Part shown: in pieces, positions 23,954 to 37,472 of the stretch
Numbering within the stretch: position 1 is the first letter of the stretch
Layout of the letters: each line of letters opens with the position of its first letter
NCBI GenBank assembly: GCA_951406725.2
Contig: OX597817.1
Coordinates: 58,962,001-59,026,000 of the forward strand
Length of the DNA: 64,000 nucleotides
Direction: 5' to 3'
Origin: Octopus vulgaris
Lineage: Eukaryota
Notes under the pieces: model-generated
What the model saw: the letters and a program-made list of their open reading frames with translations, nothing else
What the model was told of the DNA's origin: nothing
Database searches by the model: none
Program-made: the position numbers and the translations under genes

Positions 23954-24182
23954 AATATATATATATATCTTTTGTAGGCACAAGGCCCGAAATTTGGGTG
24001 GTCGGGGGGGGGAACCAGTCGAGTAGATCGACTCCAGTACGCAACTGGTACTTATTTAATCGACCCCGAAAGAATGAAAGGCAAAGTCGACCTCGCCGGA
24101 ATTTGAACTCAGAACGTAAAGACAGACGAAATACCGCAAAGCATTTCGCCCGGCGTGCTAACGTTTCTGCCAGCTCGCCACC
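23370..24182 (-). mobile_element. Two SINE-B copies (23370-23520 diverged; 23965-24182 near full length)
   Basis: cgaccccgaaagaatgaaaggcaaagtcgacctcg..gccagctcgcc. Confidence 0.85.
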
Positions 24183-25479
24183 TATAGGTCAACGAGAAAT
24201 AGCTGCAAGATTGACCTCAAATCACACGCTGTTGTCTTACAAAAGAGAAAGATACATTGGACGTTTTTGACCAGGAAACAAAATGATTGAAAAACTGATG
24301 GAATGGTCACAGGGGGAACGCTTTAGCTACAACGAAGACCGCTACATTAATCGTCTTATCAGCTAGAAATGACAGCCAAATTTACATTGAATTACAAATT
24401 GTCCTTTATAATGAGACTAAATTGTACAACGTAGTCCTAAATACCCTACATCTGAATGTAAGTGGAGATGGTCAGGAATGAGAATGCACTTAATCATAAA
24501 CCCAATCATTCTTTCCTGTAAACGTGGACAGCTGCAATCTTCCATATTGCGCTTTTGGTGGGTTTCTAATATGTTTTATATGGCCCTGATATTTCACATG
24601 CAGCCCTGGTTGAATTACGGATTAGCTGAAGGAGGAATTAACATTTCCGGAAACAAAATTCAAACCATTTTGGGTACTGTAACTCAGTAAATTAGGAGTT
24701 CCAATCCGCTTTGTTCCAATCAAAGCAGGCAGTTGGGTGAGGGAGACGGTAGGAGTGGATTTTCCTTCTGCCCTAAAGGGACAGATTAACAATGATCAGA
24801 ACCTGATCGGAGTCTCTTAAAGATCATCGGATAGTGACGCTGATAAAAGTATTAGGCGCAGTGGTGAATAACAGATCCAAAGTGTTGTTACCTCATGTTC
24901 GGGGACTGGCTACTTAGGACCAGCTTAAATCTAGCTCTAAATCAAGAAAACATTTGCACTTTGCGGCTAGTGAAAGGCTCCCTAATTAATCTTGGGTTAA
25001 TTGAAATCACCAGTGATGAAAAGACAGGTGACTGATTTTTTTAATGGGGCTCTAGATATGTCAGAAAGTTGTTGGTTTAGGGGACGGCAAACAACTCCAA
25101 GAAGAGATGCTGATATGCTTACACGAACGAGGGAGAAAACACATCTTGCAACAACTGGTTCGAATCTTTGCTAGGCATCGCAGTAAATGCTTGAGCCTCG
25201 TGGCGATTAGAGTGGTGTTTGCAAAACAAGTAGTGACCAGCAATTCTAAAAATACTATCTCTTAGTAAAGAATTTGCTCTTGTTTCTGGGATTGTAATGG
25301 AATCAAGGTCAATACTTTTAACGCAAGCGTCAAAAAGTGGGCCTCATTTCGTAAACTTTGGGCATTTAAAGACAATTGTTTACTGGACTTATTCCTATGA
25401 TGAATCATAAGAGGCGACGAGTTATTGTCGTTTAGTTTTCTGTGGTTTTTGCATCGCTACCCATCGTTGGTTCGATGTG

Positions 25480-27903
25480 TTCAGAAGACCGCCTTGCATC
25501 CACTTACCACTGATAAATTTTCAGATCTGTCCATCGCGTTGACTAAAACCCTCATGTAGGGCAGAGTCGCAGTTCACAGAAGCTACAATATGTAGCTCCG
25601 GGTGTATATCAGGTGGTAACCCAATGAGAGTTCGATAAGCAATCCTCATTTAGCATGTCATCGCCTTGTAGTCGCTTAAAACATTGCCGATAACTTCTTT
25701 GTGCCTCGTGTCCGACAATATGATGCTGATGTCGTCCGTGTGTTCCGATACACCCTAATTCACGCGGAAAGCGCTTCAACATTTCTAATTTCCGTAGTAG
25801 TGACTCAAGAGTAAGCACAAACGAAGGGGAGACAACCTTGATGGACCGATCGCGTGACATTGGAGGGTTTCTGATCAATGACCATTCACCTTAACCACCG
25901 ATATGTTATACATTGCAGTGATCCAACAGCGGAAGACGAGAGCGAACCCCGCTGTCGGGAAAACAGCTGCCCCGTATTGATGGTGGACCATATTGAAAGC
26001 GATTGATTCATCTAAATCGAACAATGCTAGGTCTTTTACCCACTCATTCTATAATGTAACGCATCGGGTGGAGATTGTCGTTGATAGATCTGTTCGGGAT
26101 GGCGAATTGTTGTGCCTCAGCAACAATAGACAAGCGCCAACCACTTTGCTAACAGCTTAGCCTAAACTTTCAAATCTGTGTTTAACAGAGTTATGGACCG
26201 AAAATTATCGATGTGATTCCTTTTGTTTGGATCCATTTTCAGCAGTGCTGCAGCTTCTCGATTCACAAAACTGTTCTGTGTAGTCGACAATTTGAAAATG
26301 TGCACAATATACGCTATCCTTATCTACTGGCAGGCAGAATATCTAGATACGATCTGGATGATTTGATTTTGTTAGTCCATATCTACAATGGCACATTCAG
26401 GAAATCCAGTAATTACTTATTAGACAGTTGGAAACGCTTGAGTAGGTTTACGTTACTTTAGCGCCTATCTCTCCTATGATCTAGTCCCACACAATCCAAT
26501 CGTGCATTCAAGATAGTATTCTAGCCACTCGCTATGAGTAAAGAGCGCGAAGTTCCTCGGTTGACCTTCAGACGCCTAGAGAAATCCGGCCTTCCTACCC
26601 CCATCGGAGCATAAACAGCTACTAGTCTGAGGTCACTCCATTCGCTACTGTTCACATCCAGGACTACCAATTTACTTTCTGTGTCCAAGACAGTATTGTG
26701 AGGGCCAAACCCTTCCGAAGCAACACAGTGTCCCACAACCCTTTCTCATTCGACTTGGAGATAAATAGATCTCGTACACCAAAAATGGGCATGAGGGCTT
26801 GGAGATGGTAAACTCAAATCTCACTGATGACCACTGGATCTGTATCTAGTGACCCGAGGTCGTTGAGCAGGTGGCCCTCTTTCCAGTATCACCACAGGCC
26901 ACAGTGCATTCATACTTTCTATACTGAGAGTGACCATGTTCAACGAGAGAGAGAGAGAGGAAAGTGAGAAGAAACATTGACATTATATCGTTGGAAATAC
27001 AGTTGTTCTGCTCTTCAGGATATTTGTGGGAGCTTCCACAAGCATTTCTTTAGAGAGTCTTTTATTTCTAGCCCCCCTGAAGTTTCCCATTCCTTTTAGG
27101 GGGTGTTTATTTTTTTTTGAAACATTGTATATGTCTTGTAATGTTCCAATGATTTGTATGTGTGACGGAATACCATTCGTGTGTGCGCTGTAGTTATTAT
27201 AGGACAGAGTTATTAATATTATTATAAAAATACATCATCCTGTATTTTAGTGATCCATTAGGTTTTTTATAGTTTATGTTTATGGCTGTGTCGTTAAGTG
27301 AATTCTTGCTTTTATTTTCGTGTTGGGGATGTGTCGTTACTGTGTGTGAGTGATCTGGGTTGCGCTTGTGCTTGTGGGGTGGGTATCTGTGGTAGCGGTA
27401 GTGGTGGTGACGGGGATGATGGTGTTCGTCACAGTGATGTAGCTGCTATTGGCGGCGGCGGCAGTGGTCGTATTGGTGCGTCGTTTCTTAAAGGCACCTC
27501 CCCCATTTGTTCGAATTTTTGTTGCCTTTTCCTTTTCCGATCTGTTACCGTTTGCCATTTGCTGTTCTCCCAGTCATATTCGACACGCGACAGGTCTGTG
27601 TAGTGAGATGGTGGGGGGCGGAGTCTGTCATGGGGGCGAGGTTCTGGCGTTGTTCTGTTTTTGATATTGGTTGTTGTTGTGGATATTTTATTGCGTTTGT
27701 TGTTGCTTCTGTCCGTAATGTTGTGACCGTTGACGGTGGTGTATTTTCCGTTCCTTTTCTTTTTTGTGGTTCCTGCTTCCATTATTCTTGTTGTTGCTAT
27801 TATTGTTGCTGTAAGTGTCTCTCCTTTGCTGAAGCTAGAGCTGCTGTCACCAGTGCTGCACTTATTTGCCTGCTCCTTGCTATTGCTGTAGCAGCTGCTG
27901 CAG

Positions 27904-27971
<68 letters not shown>

Positions 27972-29140
27972 GCAGTTGTTGTTGTTGTTGTTTCAGTTGT
28001 TGTTGTTGTTACTGTTGTTGTTGTTGCTGCTGCTGCTGCAGTTGTTGTTGTTGCTGCTGCTGAAGTTGTTGTTGTTGTTGTTGTTGTTGCTGCTGCTGCT
28101 GCAGTTGTTGCTGCTGTTGCAGTTGTTGTTGCTGCTGCTGCTGCTTGTGCTGCAGTTGCTGCTGCATTTCGTAGCTGCTGGTATTGCACTTGCTCTCATT
28201 GATGTTGTTGTTGCTGCTGTTGCTTCGAGCCACTGTTGGTGCTACTGATGTTTTTTTTTCTTTTTTCTTTGCTTTTGCAGTTATTGCTTTTGTGTTGGCG
28301 GCATCTGCAGAAGTGATGGTTCTCCTCTTTTTCCTTTGCTGTGGATTGAGAGCCTTGAGATGATTTGCATCGCAGCACAAATGACACCTCAACTTTCTTC
28401 CACAACGGCCGCGTATAGTTTTGTGCCGTCTGACCGATTGATCGGGCAGGGAGATGGATTCTATGCTTCGGTGATCCATTTGAATCGGTTGTTCCATTCC
28501 TTGACCCGAACAATTTTGTTTCTACAACCTCTGGACCTGCAGAATATCAGTTTTATTCTCTATACATCGAAAAGAAAAGCTGCCACCAATCAGCAGATAT
28601 TCATTTCTGTAGATACATCCACTGTTTTTATTTTAAATAATCTACACCCAAGGTAGATTGATATGAAGACCCTCCTCATATAAATCACCATTCTTTAGGG
28701 TTGTTAAGGAGAGCTTGTTGATACCATTCATTAAAGGGAATCTCATCTTTACTGCGCTGTAATTTTACCTCTAGGTAACGTCTTTTGTTGCTCCAGTATG
28801 GTCAGAGTCACTTTCAATTTTTTGTTGTCATCAGCACTTTTTTTTTTGCTAAGGTTTTGTATGTCACAGTTCTGAAGTAGATTTTTGCCAGATGGATTCC
28901 GGGATGTTGAGCTCAACATTATGTCTAGGCCTTCAATGATTTTTTAATTTTAATTCTGCCAAAGACAAAATAATTTCTTTTTCTAGTTGGCGGACCGCGT
29001 CGGCGAACTCGCTAGCATTAGATTTGAAAGTTATACTGTTATCAGTTTTTGTGTTGGCTAAGACCGAACGAGTAGTTATGTTAAAAAGTATAAACTGATT
29101 CCTCCCAGAAGGGAAGAAAATTTTATGCGGGGCCAACTAG
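25480..29140 (-). mobile_element. Decayed Tx1/L1-clade LINE with ORF1 (Zn-knuckle, low complexity), APE and RT remnants
   Basis: ORF1-like RCHLCCDANHLK and WQTVTDRKRKR; APE LVVLDV..LRLVAVYAP (26521-26736); RT NFRSITLLNTDLK and AQQFAIPNRSINDNL (~26050-26210); many stops and deletions. Confidence 0.8.
27783..28220. repeat. (GTT)n/(GCT)n expansion inside LINE ORF1
   Basis: Directly visible. Confidence 0.95.
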
Positions 29141-29149
29141 TCTCACAAG

Positions 29150-30170
29150 ATGGATCGATTATCGTAAGACGTACGATATGATACCACATTCTTGGGTTAT
29201 GGAATGTATGAACCTATTTGGCATTGCATCGAATGTCGAGCGATTGCTTGGAAAATGTATGGCGAAGTGGAGGACGTAACTGGCAGCATAGGAAAGAAGT
29301 TTAGGGACAATAGTGATCAGGAGAGGCATCTTCCAAGGGGACTGCCTGTCCCCAGATCTTTGTACTGTGCTTGATACAAATGGATAAATTGATGGAGAAA
29401 GAAATGACAGAAAAATTTAAGGTGGAGTACTTGCGCAGACTGAGACTGATCCTTAAGTCGAAATTAAACGGGCGAAATAAGATTGAAGCTATCAACACCT
29501 GGGCGGTTTCACTCCTTAAATATGGAACAGAGGTAATCACATGGACAGTGGACGAACTAAACTGCTTAAACAGAAAGACAAGGAAGTTGCTGACTAGATA
29601 CGGGATATTCCACACAAAGAGTGACACAGACAGACTGTATGTACCAAGAAAAAGAGGAGGAAGAGGACTGTTTGGATGCGAACACAGCATTAGAACAGAA
29701 GAAAACAACATAGCATGGTATGTAAAAATGCCACAGAACTTTCCAATACATACAGTCAGAACCATCAACGCTAATAAACCAGATATTGTTGTAAAAGATC
29801 AAAATAATAAAGTCCGTTTATTGATCGACATGAGTATTTCCTGTGATCATAATATCTCGGCAAAAGAATTTGACAAATTCACAAAATATAAAGATTTGCA
29901 TAATGAAATCAACAAAATGTGGCATTTCAAAGTTGTTACAATGCCAGTGATTGTAAGACCACTAGAAATAATCAAAAAAGGAACTAAAAATTATTTGAGA
30001 AAGGGCTCTGGCTTATCATACCTGGAAGAAAAGCAAAATATTCTTTTAGCAAGTACGTCACACGTATTGTCGCTGTGAGAACGATTAGCTTCCATGTAAA
30101 TAATATATTTTCATAATGACTCTTATGAGCCAGGCGTGGCTCAAGAAAGAACAAACAACAACAATGTAAA
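29150..30170 (+). mobile_element. Internally deleted R4/Dong-type element
   Basis: WIDYRKTYDMIPHSW, IRRGIFQGDCLSP, EYLRRLRLILKSKLNGRNKIEAINTWAV..DRLYVPRKRGGRGL, ANKPDIVVKD..KYKDL. Confidence 0.88.
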
Positions 30171-30414
30171 TAAATAATTCATTTTAAAGAGGTAAGAAAT
30201 CTTTGTGAAGTTACAGTTTTGATACTCTCCTCCACGATTACCAAGCCAAAATTAAGCAGTCCTAACTTTAATTGATTTTATAAATTAACAATCTCGTGTG
30301 TTTATTTTAATGGCCTATCAATGTATACAGTGAGTTTCTTTGACCTAGGTGTCGAGAAGACACCCGGCAAGAACTGCAAGGAATGGAAACAAAATTGAAA
30401 GAAGAAGAAGAATT

Positions 30415-30790
30415 ATCCTTTCAAGGAACACGGCCAGAAATTTTGGAGGGGAAAGGGTCAGTCGATTACATCGACCCCTAGGGCTCAACTGAAATGATAA
30501 AAGACAAAGTTGACTCCGGCAGAATTTGAACTCAGAACGTAATGAGTCGGAAGAAATACCTATTTTTTTACTAGCCACAAGGGGCTAAACACAGGGAGGA
30601 CAAACAAGGATAGACAAACGGATTAAGTCGTTTACATCGACTCCAGTGCGTAACTGGTACTTATTTAATCGACCCCGAAAGGATGAAAGGCAAAGTCGAC
30701 CTCGGCAGAATTTGAACTCAGAACGTAGCGGTAGACGGAAGAAATACCGCAAAGTGTTTCTTCCGGTGGTTTAGAGATTCTGCCAGCCCA
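30415..30790 (-). mobile_element. SINE-B tandem dimer
   Basis: Two cores; junction gaaatacctattttttactagccacaagggg near 30553. Confidence 0.88.
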
Positions 30791-30897
30791 GTTTAGCAGC
30801 TACGAGTCCTTCGTTCACTGAGGCTTTCGGCTCAAGTTCAGCCTTGTGCACTTTTCTCTGATATGAAAATAAGAAATGTACTATACTGAAGTGAGAA

Positions 30898-30989
<92 letters not shown>

Positions 30990-31782
30990 AGAGAAGATAG
31001 TTTTGGTCTAAATTATTCACTAGTCAATTGTCTGACAAATAATGCAAATCATATTAACGTTGTACTTAGAATAGATTCTGTCTTCGGCACCGTTCCATAA
31101 TTCACCACTCAGCTGTCTGAAGAATAATATCAACGTTATATGTATAAGAGATTATATCATCGATTTCCTTCCATAGCTGAGATAGCATTTGCTTGAAGTT
31201 TTATATACTAAGATCATACAAAAGTATTATAGATAAGTCGAGCTGTAGACTTAAATCGCCTTTAGCAGAAAGCAATCTCTTGCAAACATACTTATGTTCC
31301 TCTCACCATTCTTAGATGCATCTAGGAATGAGCATCGACGCTGCTCTTCTTGATATGACCAAATTATGATTATTCGAACACATTTCAAAGATTTTCACTA
31401 AATTCTCTGAATTACGGCTTGTTTATTGATCTTTCCTAATTAATTTGAATAATTTCTTTATAGATACGAGATAATTATCCAAAAATAACTTCTCATAAAA
31501 CAATAAAAAGCATTAAGGGAGAGATATTGTTTGCTAACAAAGTGTGCAACAGCTTCGTCTGATTTCCACGATTAATAAGAGACTTTGAGATTCTGTATTA
31601 TTTTACATCAATACTTTTTGTCTTGGTTTCCGTGGTCCACAATTGTCTTTAGGATACTAGAATATTGATTAAAAACAACAGCTGTTACACCAGTGCACGA
31701 AACTGTGCGATAACTTCTTCGTAGAGGACGGTTTGGTAGCATTTTGTAGACATTCGCTGTCAGCGCATTTTGTCTTCATGTT

Positions 31783-31870
<88 letters not shown>

Positions 31871-31949
31871 TACATATATACACACACACATATACATACA
31901 TACATACATACATACATACACACATACATACATACATACGTACATACAT

Positions 31950-32255
31950 ATAGATTTATACCTGTAATTACTGGGACCCTGGGATATGTAACACACTACC
32001 TAAATACCAAACTTGAGAAATTAGGCTTCCCAAAACCCGAAAGGAGAAAGCTGATTCGAAGACTACAGATCCCATCCATCACCGGAACTGTAAAAATCTG
32101 TAAAACTTTCCAGAAGTTTATCATTTAAGTATATATGAGCATGTCTAGATATGTAACTATATGCGTGAGAATACATATATAAAACAAAACATACAAATCT
32201 GCACATATACATACATACATACATACATACATACATACATACATACATACATACA

Positions 32256-32286
<31 letters not shown>

Positions 32287-32455
32287 CATGCATGCATGCA
32301 TGCATACATACATACATACATACATACATACATACATACAAACAAAAATACCCTGTTGCTGATGTTGAAATTCCAATGAAGGAGCCTTGGATCTAGGTTA
32401 GAAACCAGTTCTTTCTCTATTGGTAAGAAATCTTGAAATAAACTGAATAATGACA
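31950..32455 (+). mobile_element. RLE-type non-LTR retrotransposon 3' end embedded in (CATA)n
   Basis: RFIPVITGTLGYV..RLQIPSITGTVKICKTF resembles an RLE C-terminus; the UTR is interrupted and followed by (CATA)n. Confidence 0.7.
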
Positions 32456-33057
32456 TACATACATGCATACATACATACATACACACACATACATACATAC
32501 ACATATACATACACGCATACATACACACATACATACACTCATAAATACACACATACATACACACACATACATACATACATACATACATACATACATACAT
32601 ACATACATACATAATACATACATACATACATACATACATACATACATACATGTATGCATGCATACATACATACATGCATACATACATGCATACATACATA
32701 CATGTATGCATGCATACATACATACATGCATACATACATACATACATACATACATACATACAAACATACATACATACATACAAACATACATACATACATA
32801 CATACATACATACATGCATGCATACATACATACATACATACATACATACATACATACATGTATGCATGCATACATACTTACATGCATACATACATGCATA
32901 CATACATACATACATACAAACATACATACATACATACAAACATACATACATACATACATACATACATACATACATACATACATGCATACATGCATACATA
33001 CATACATACATACATACATACATACATACATACATACATACATACATACATACATAC
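32454..33057. repeat. ~600-bp (CATA)n microsatellite
   Basis: Directly visible. Confidence 0.98.
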
Positions 33058-33235
33058 GAGCTGGCAGAATCGTTAGCACGCCGGCCAAAACGTTCTGAGT
33101 TCAAATTCCGCCGAGGTCGACTTTGCCTTTCATCCTTTCGGGGTCGATTAAATAAGTACCAGTTATGCACTGGGATCGATGTAATCGACTTAATCCCCTC
33201 TGTGTTTAGCCCCCCCCCCCCCCAATAAAGAAATA
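33056..33235 (+). mobile_element. SINE-B with internal deletions
   Basis: cgagctggcagaatcgttagcacgccgg, core, tgtgtttagccc. Confidence 0.88.
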
Positions 33236-33457
33236 CATACACGAGTTAAATTTTAAGTTTTTTCGTCTCGTTTTTTCAGGGACAGTTTGGTGTATTGGTG
33301 AACAGAGAGTGTCGTTGGTTAAAGTTGAGAAAAAGTTAGTTGAGACGGGCGAGTGAAAGCTATCTGAATATTGGGAAAGAGTTACCTTATATCATGCTGA
33401 TTCGCACCGTATATCAAAATGCGACATCGTGACTGCTGCTCAATGGTCCGTGGACTC

Positions 33458-33860
33458 ATCTCATCGTGAAGTTCTCTATTTGTTCCGTCATATATTAGAA
33501 CGTATTTTTTCTCACAGGGCGGGGGAGGCGCAGTTTTTGGTCTCTTGTATGCTTGTGTTTGTCTTTGTGTGAGTGGGTTATGGAGTGGGTATAGGAGTGG
33601 ATTGGGCATAGTGTGCGGACGCGGGAGTCGGGTGGGTGTTGGTGGGAGTCAAGTGGGTGTAGGATGGGGTTCAACATTCACAAGGTGTACTTTTTCTCTA
33701 CCAGCCTTTTCCCCCATACATTTCGTTTGTTGTTCACCCCACGATGCTTCAAATATGGCTTCAAAGCATACGGGAGGCCTAAAACTGCCCCTCCCCCGCC
33801 CCGTGAGAAAAAATGCGTTGTAATATACGACGGAACAAACAGAGAACTTCACGACGAGAT
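33458..33860. repeat. Diverged inverted repeat (~97-bp arms)
   Basis: 33458-33554 versus 33764-33860; both arms translate to AY.RPKTAPPPP.EKK.V.IYDGTNRELHDE. Confidence 0.88.
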
Positions 33861-34840
33861 AGACACATGGGACAATATAATAAAAAATAAATACGGCAGT
33901 ATTTTCCGGATTACCATGGCGATACCATTGTGTGGTGGCAAGGTTGGAATAATTGTCAAGAATAAAAGACTACGATAAGGACTCTGAATACTGGGTCAGT
34001 GAAATTGACAGCAGCCAATTACCAAAGTGGATTGATTGTCGTGATCTTCGCGATGATTATAATTAGACATTCTTCAGAAGGATGAAGATTAATTGTGTTT
34101 TAAAGTCGCAGTAACAGGTTCAATGAAGTCGATCGGAGGTGGGGCCGAACGGCTTCATTTCAGTTTTCATTTACGTCCATTATTTTATTCATCCCTTACA
34201 TTAGTTTTCCTTGTCCCCACCTTGTACTATCTCTTCTATGTTGACCCCTTGCGAGTAATAAAGAATTCTTTACATTTATGGATTACATACTGAACAGAAA
34301 AGGAATTATGGGACTTCTATCTACACACAGCCATTATGGATTATTACAAAGGATTTCACCATGGATTTATATTATTTTTTCAAAATTTTTAGCCCAAGTT
34401 TGTACCAATACGCATCTATACCAGCAACATTTTAAACAAAATCTTTATCAGACGATTTTAAATTGCATCACTGTCATTCGATTGACTACATGGTAATTCC
34501 TCTTCTTTCTCTCTGACGAATGGATATATTACCTAATGATGATTATCAATTTTGGATTTCATTTCGAAGGGTAAAACATTCATGAAACGATCGTAAGATA
34601 TCTTAAACCTTTTTAAATAATCAAACTTTATATATTTATCTATTAATACAATATTATTTATATCATCGACATATCTCTTCTGTGATTTTTTGACGTCATT
34701 TTTCCTACTTTCACTTTATAATATATAATCGCTCTAATTGAATCTGTAAATACCTTTAAGGTTTTAAACATTTCTCATATCAAGAGCACTTATCTGAAAT
34801 CCAACACACTTTATTCTCATTGAATATATTTGATTAACTC

Positions 34841-34938
<98 letters not shown>

Positions 34939-35074
34939 TCATCGAGAACGTGGACTCATGAAGAGATGGTGTCATCCAAGGAGATGCTGGTTCAATACCT
35001 AATATTTGGGGGAAATTGATTTCATTAAAATAATAGGTTTATATATAAAACCATAATGTTAAATTTTCATATGA

Positions 35075-35531
35075 AAGAAAGAAAATAAGAAAATGGAGAT
35101 TGGGAAGTTAATGACTGCTTATCATTAACAAGTCAATCATCATTTCTTACAGCTGTTTCGATTAAAACTCAGTGGATTAATTAATATTAAATTCATATGC
35201 TCTGAGCATAATATTTCCAGAGCGAAAAAATATACCCTTGGATGTTTTATACACGCGTTTATAGATTCATTATAACAGACTTTATGATACTGTTTATGAT
35301 TTGTATTTTTATCTGTTCGGACGAGGGGTTTGCAGGTTGGTTGCAGATAAGACAGAGGAGGTAAATAGAATTAGAGTAATAAATAAATAAATTAAATAGA
35401 CATGATAGAGGAAATTTAAATATAAATTAGGTAAGAATGTAATGCACATTTATAAGTAAAGTTAAGAAAATTTATATATATACAAGTACACACGCATATA
35501 TCTACACACATACATACATTCATCCGTACAT

Positions 35532-35580
<49 letters not shown>

Positions 35581-35905
35581 CACACACACACACACACATA
35601 CACAGACTCACATTATACTTACACACATATCAACGCATATACGTATATACGCACATATGCACATGTATGTATATGCGCGAATACGTTAATACGTGTGGTT
35701 GATGGAATTTTGAATTATTATGCTTGCTCTATAGCGTTTCGAGGGAAGTATATTTTTCCCCACTGAAGATATGCTCAGGGCATATGACTTTAATATTTAA
35801 TTTATTCAACGAGTTTTAATCGAAACAGCTGTAAGGGATGATGACTGATTTGTTGTTAATAATAAACATTTATTATCTTCCCAATCTCTATTTTCTTTTC
35901 CTTCC
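35075..35905. mobile_element. Inverted pair of ~200-bp HHR-like elements
   Basis: 35075-35270 versus 35705-35905; right arm CTGAAGA(35763)..GAAA-cagctg-TA-aggga(35838). Confidence 0.7.
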
Positions 35906-35916
35906 TATATATATAT

Positions 35917-35968
<52 letters not shown>

Positions 35969-36004
35969 GTGTGTGTGTGTGTGTATGCATGTATGTGTGT
36001 AAAT

Positions 36005-36266
36005 GCTAACCTTTCAAGGCGATGCCCCAGAATGGCCGCAGTCTAATGACTGAAACAAGTAAGAGATAAAAGATATATAAATAGCGGTATTTTGTCTGTC
36101 GTTACGTTCTGAGTTCAAATTCCGCCGAGGTCGACTTTGCCTTTCATCCTTTCGGGGTCGATAAATAAAGAGCCAGTTTCGCACTGGGGTCGATCTAATC
36201 GACTTAATCCGTTTGTCTGTCCTTGTTTGTCCCCTCTATATTTATCCCCTTGCGGGCAGTAAAGAA

Positions 36267-36268
<2 letters not shown>
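36005..36268 (+). mobile_element. SINE-A tail joined to a headless SINE-B
   Basis: ccccagaatggccgcagtc..aagataaaaga then gcggtattttgtctgtcgttacgttctgag. Confidence 0.85.
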
Positions 36269-36345
<77 letters not shown>

Positions 36346-36373
36346 TATATATGTATATATATATGTATATGTA

Positions 36374-36411
<38 letters not shown>

Positions 36412-36423
36412 CATACATACTAT

Positions 36424-36510
<87 letters not shown>

Positions 36511-37438
36511 CATATATATATATATGTATATATATATATATGTATATCCATGCACACACACACATACTCACACACATTTCACATGCAAATGCTTATACAT
36601 ATACATATATACTTATATACAGAATCCACACACACACACGCGCGCGCACACACCGCCTCCCCCACTGTGTTACGCAATTAGAATGGCAAAGCGATACTTT
36701 GCTGCTTTAAACGTGGCATTTGAAGAGAAGAGACAAAAATCGCAGGAAAGAATTACAAGACGCGTTTGAAGTGATTAAAAAAAATCAATGATTCGCTTCG
36801 TCATCTAAGTGTGTGTGTGTGTATGTGTATGTGTGTGTGTGTGCGTGTGTGTACGTGTGTGTGTGTGTGTGTGTGTGTGTCTGTGTGTGTCAGTGGAGAT
36901 TGTTGAACGCTGCTTGATTGGAAAGGCATTCTTAGCTAGCAATGCTCACCATTATTACTCTAACTTATTACTCAGAGAACGAGAGAGAAAGAGAGAGAGA
37001 GAGAATGAGAGAGAGAAGTGTTTGAAGGTAGAGAGAGGGAGACCTATATTTGAAACCCAAACCCCTACCATCTCTAACGAACCACTTTCCTCTCCCTATC
37101 CCTCTTCCTCCTTGAAGTCTTTTACTCACACGCTACACTCAACAGTTTCACTTTCGCTATCCTCTTCCTTCTCTCTCTCTCTCTCACATGCACTTTCTTG
37201 CCGTCTCTCATTCTCTCTTTATCTCCCCCTGTTTCTCTCTCTCCCCCTCTCGCTTTCATTCGACCTTTCACGTTCTCTTTCTTTCATTCTCTCTATCACT
37301 CACTCTTTCTCTCTCACATATTCTCTCTATGTCTCTCTCGCTTCTCCCTCTCTCTCTCTCTCATTCTCTCTCTCTCACTCTCTCTCTCTCTCACAAGCAC
37401 TTTCTTGCCGTGTCTCTCATTCTCTCTTTTGCTCCCCC

Positions 37439-37472
<34 letters not shown>

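Noticed and set aside
32256-33242. Long ORFs such as 328 aa (also 37198-38220, 40199-41149, 27507-28202, 4549-5007)
   Set aside because: Translations of microsatellites or low-complexity DNA that happen to lack stop codons; no domain signal
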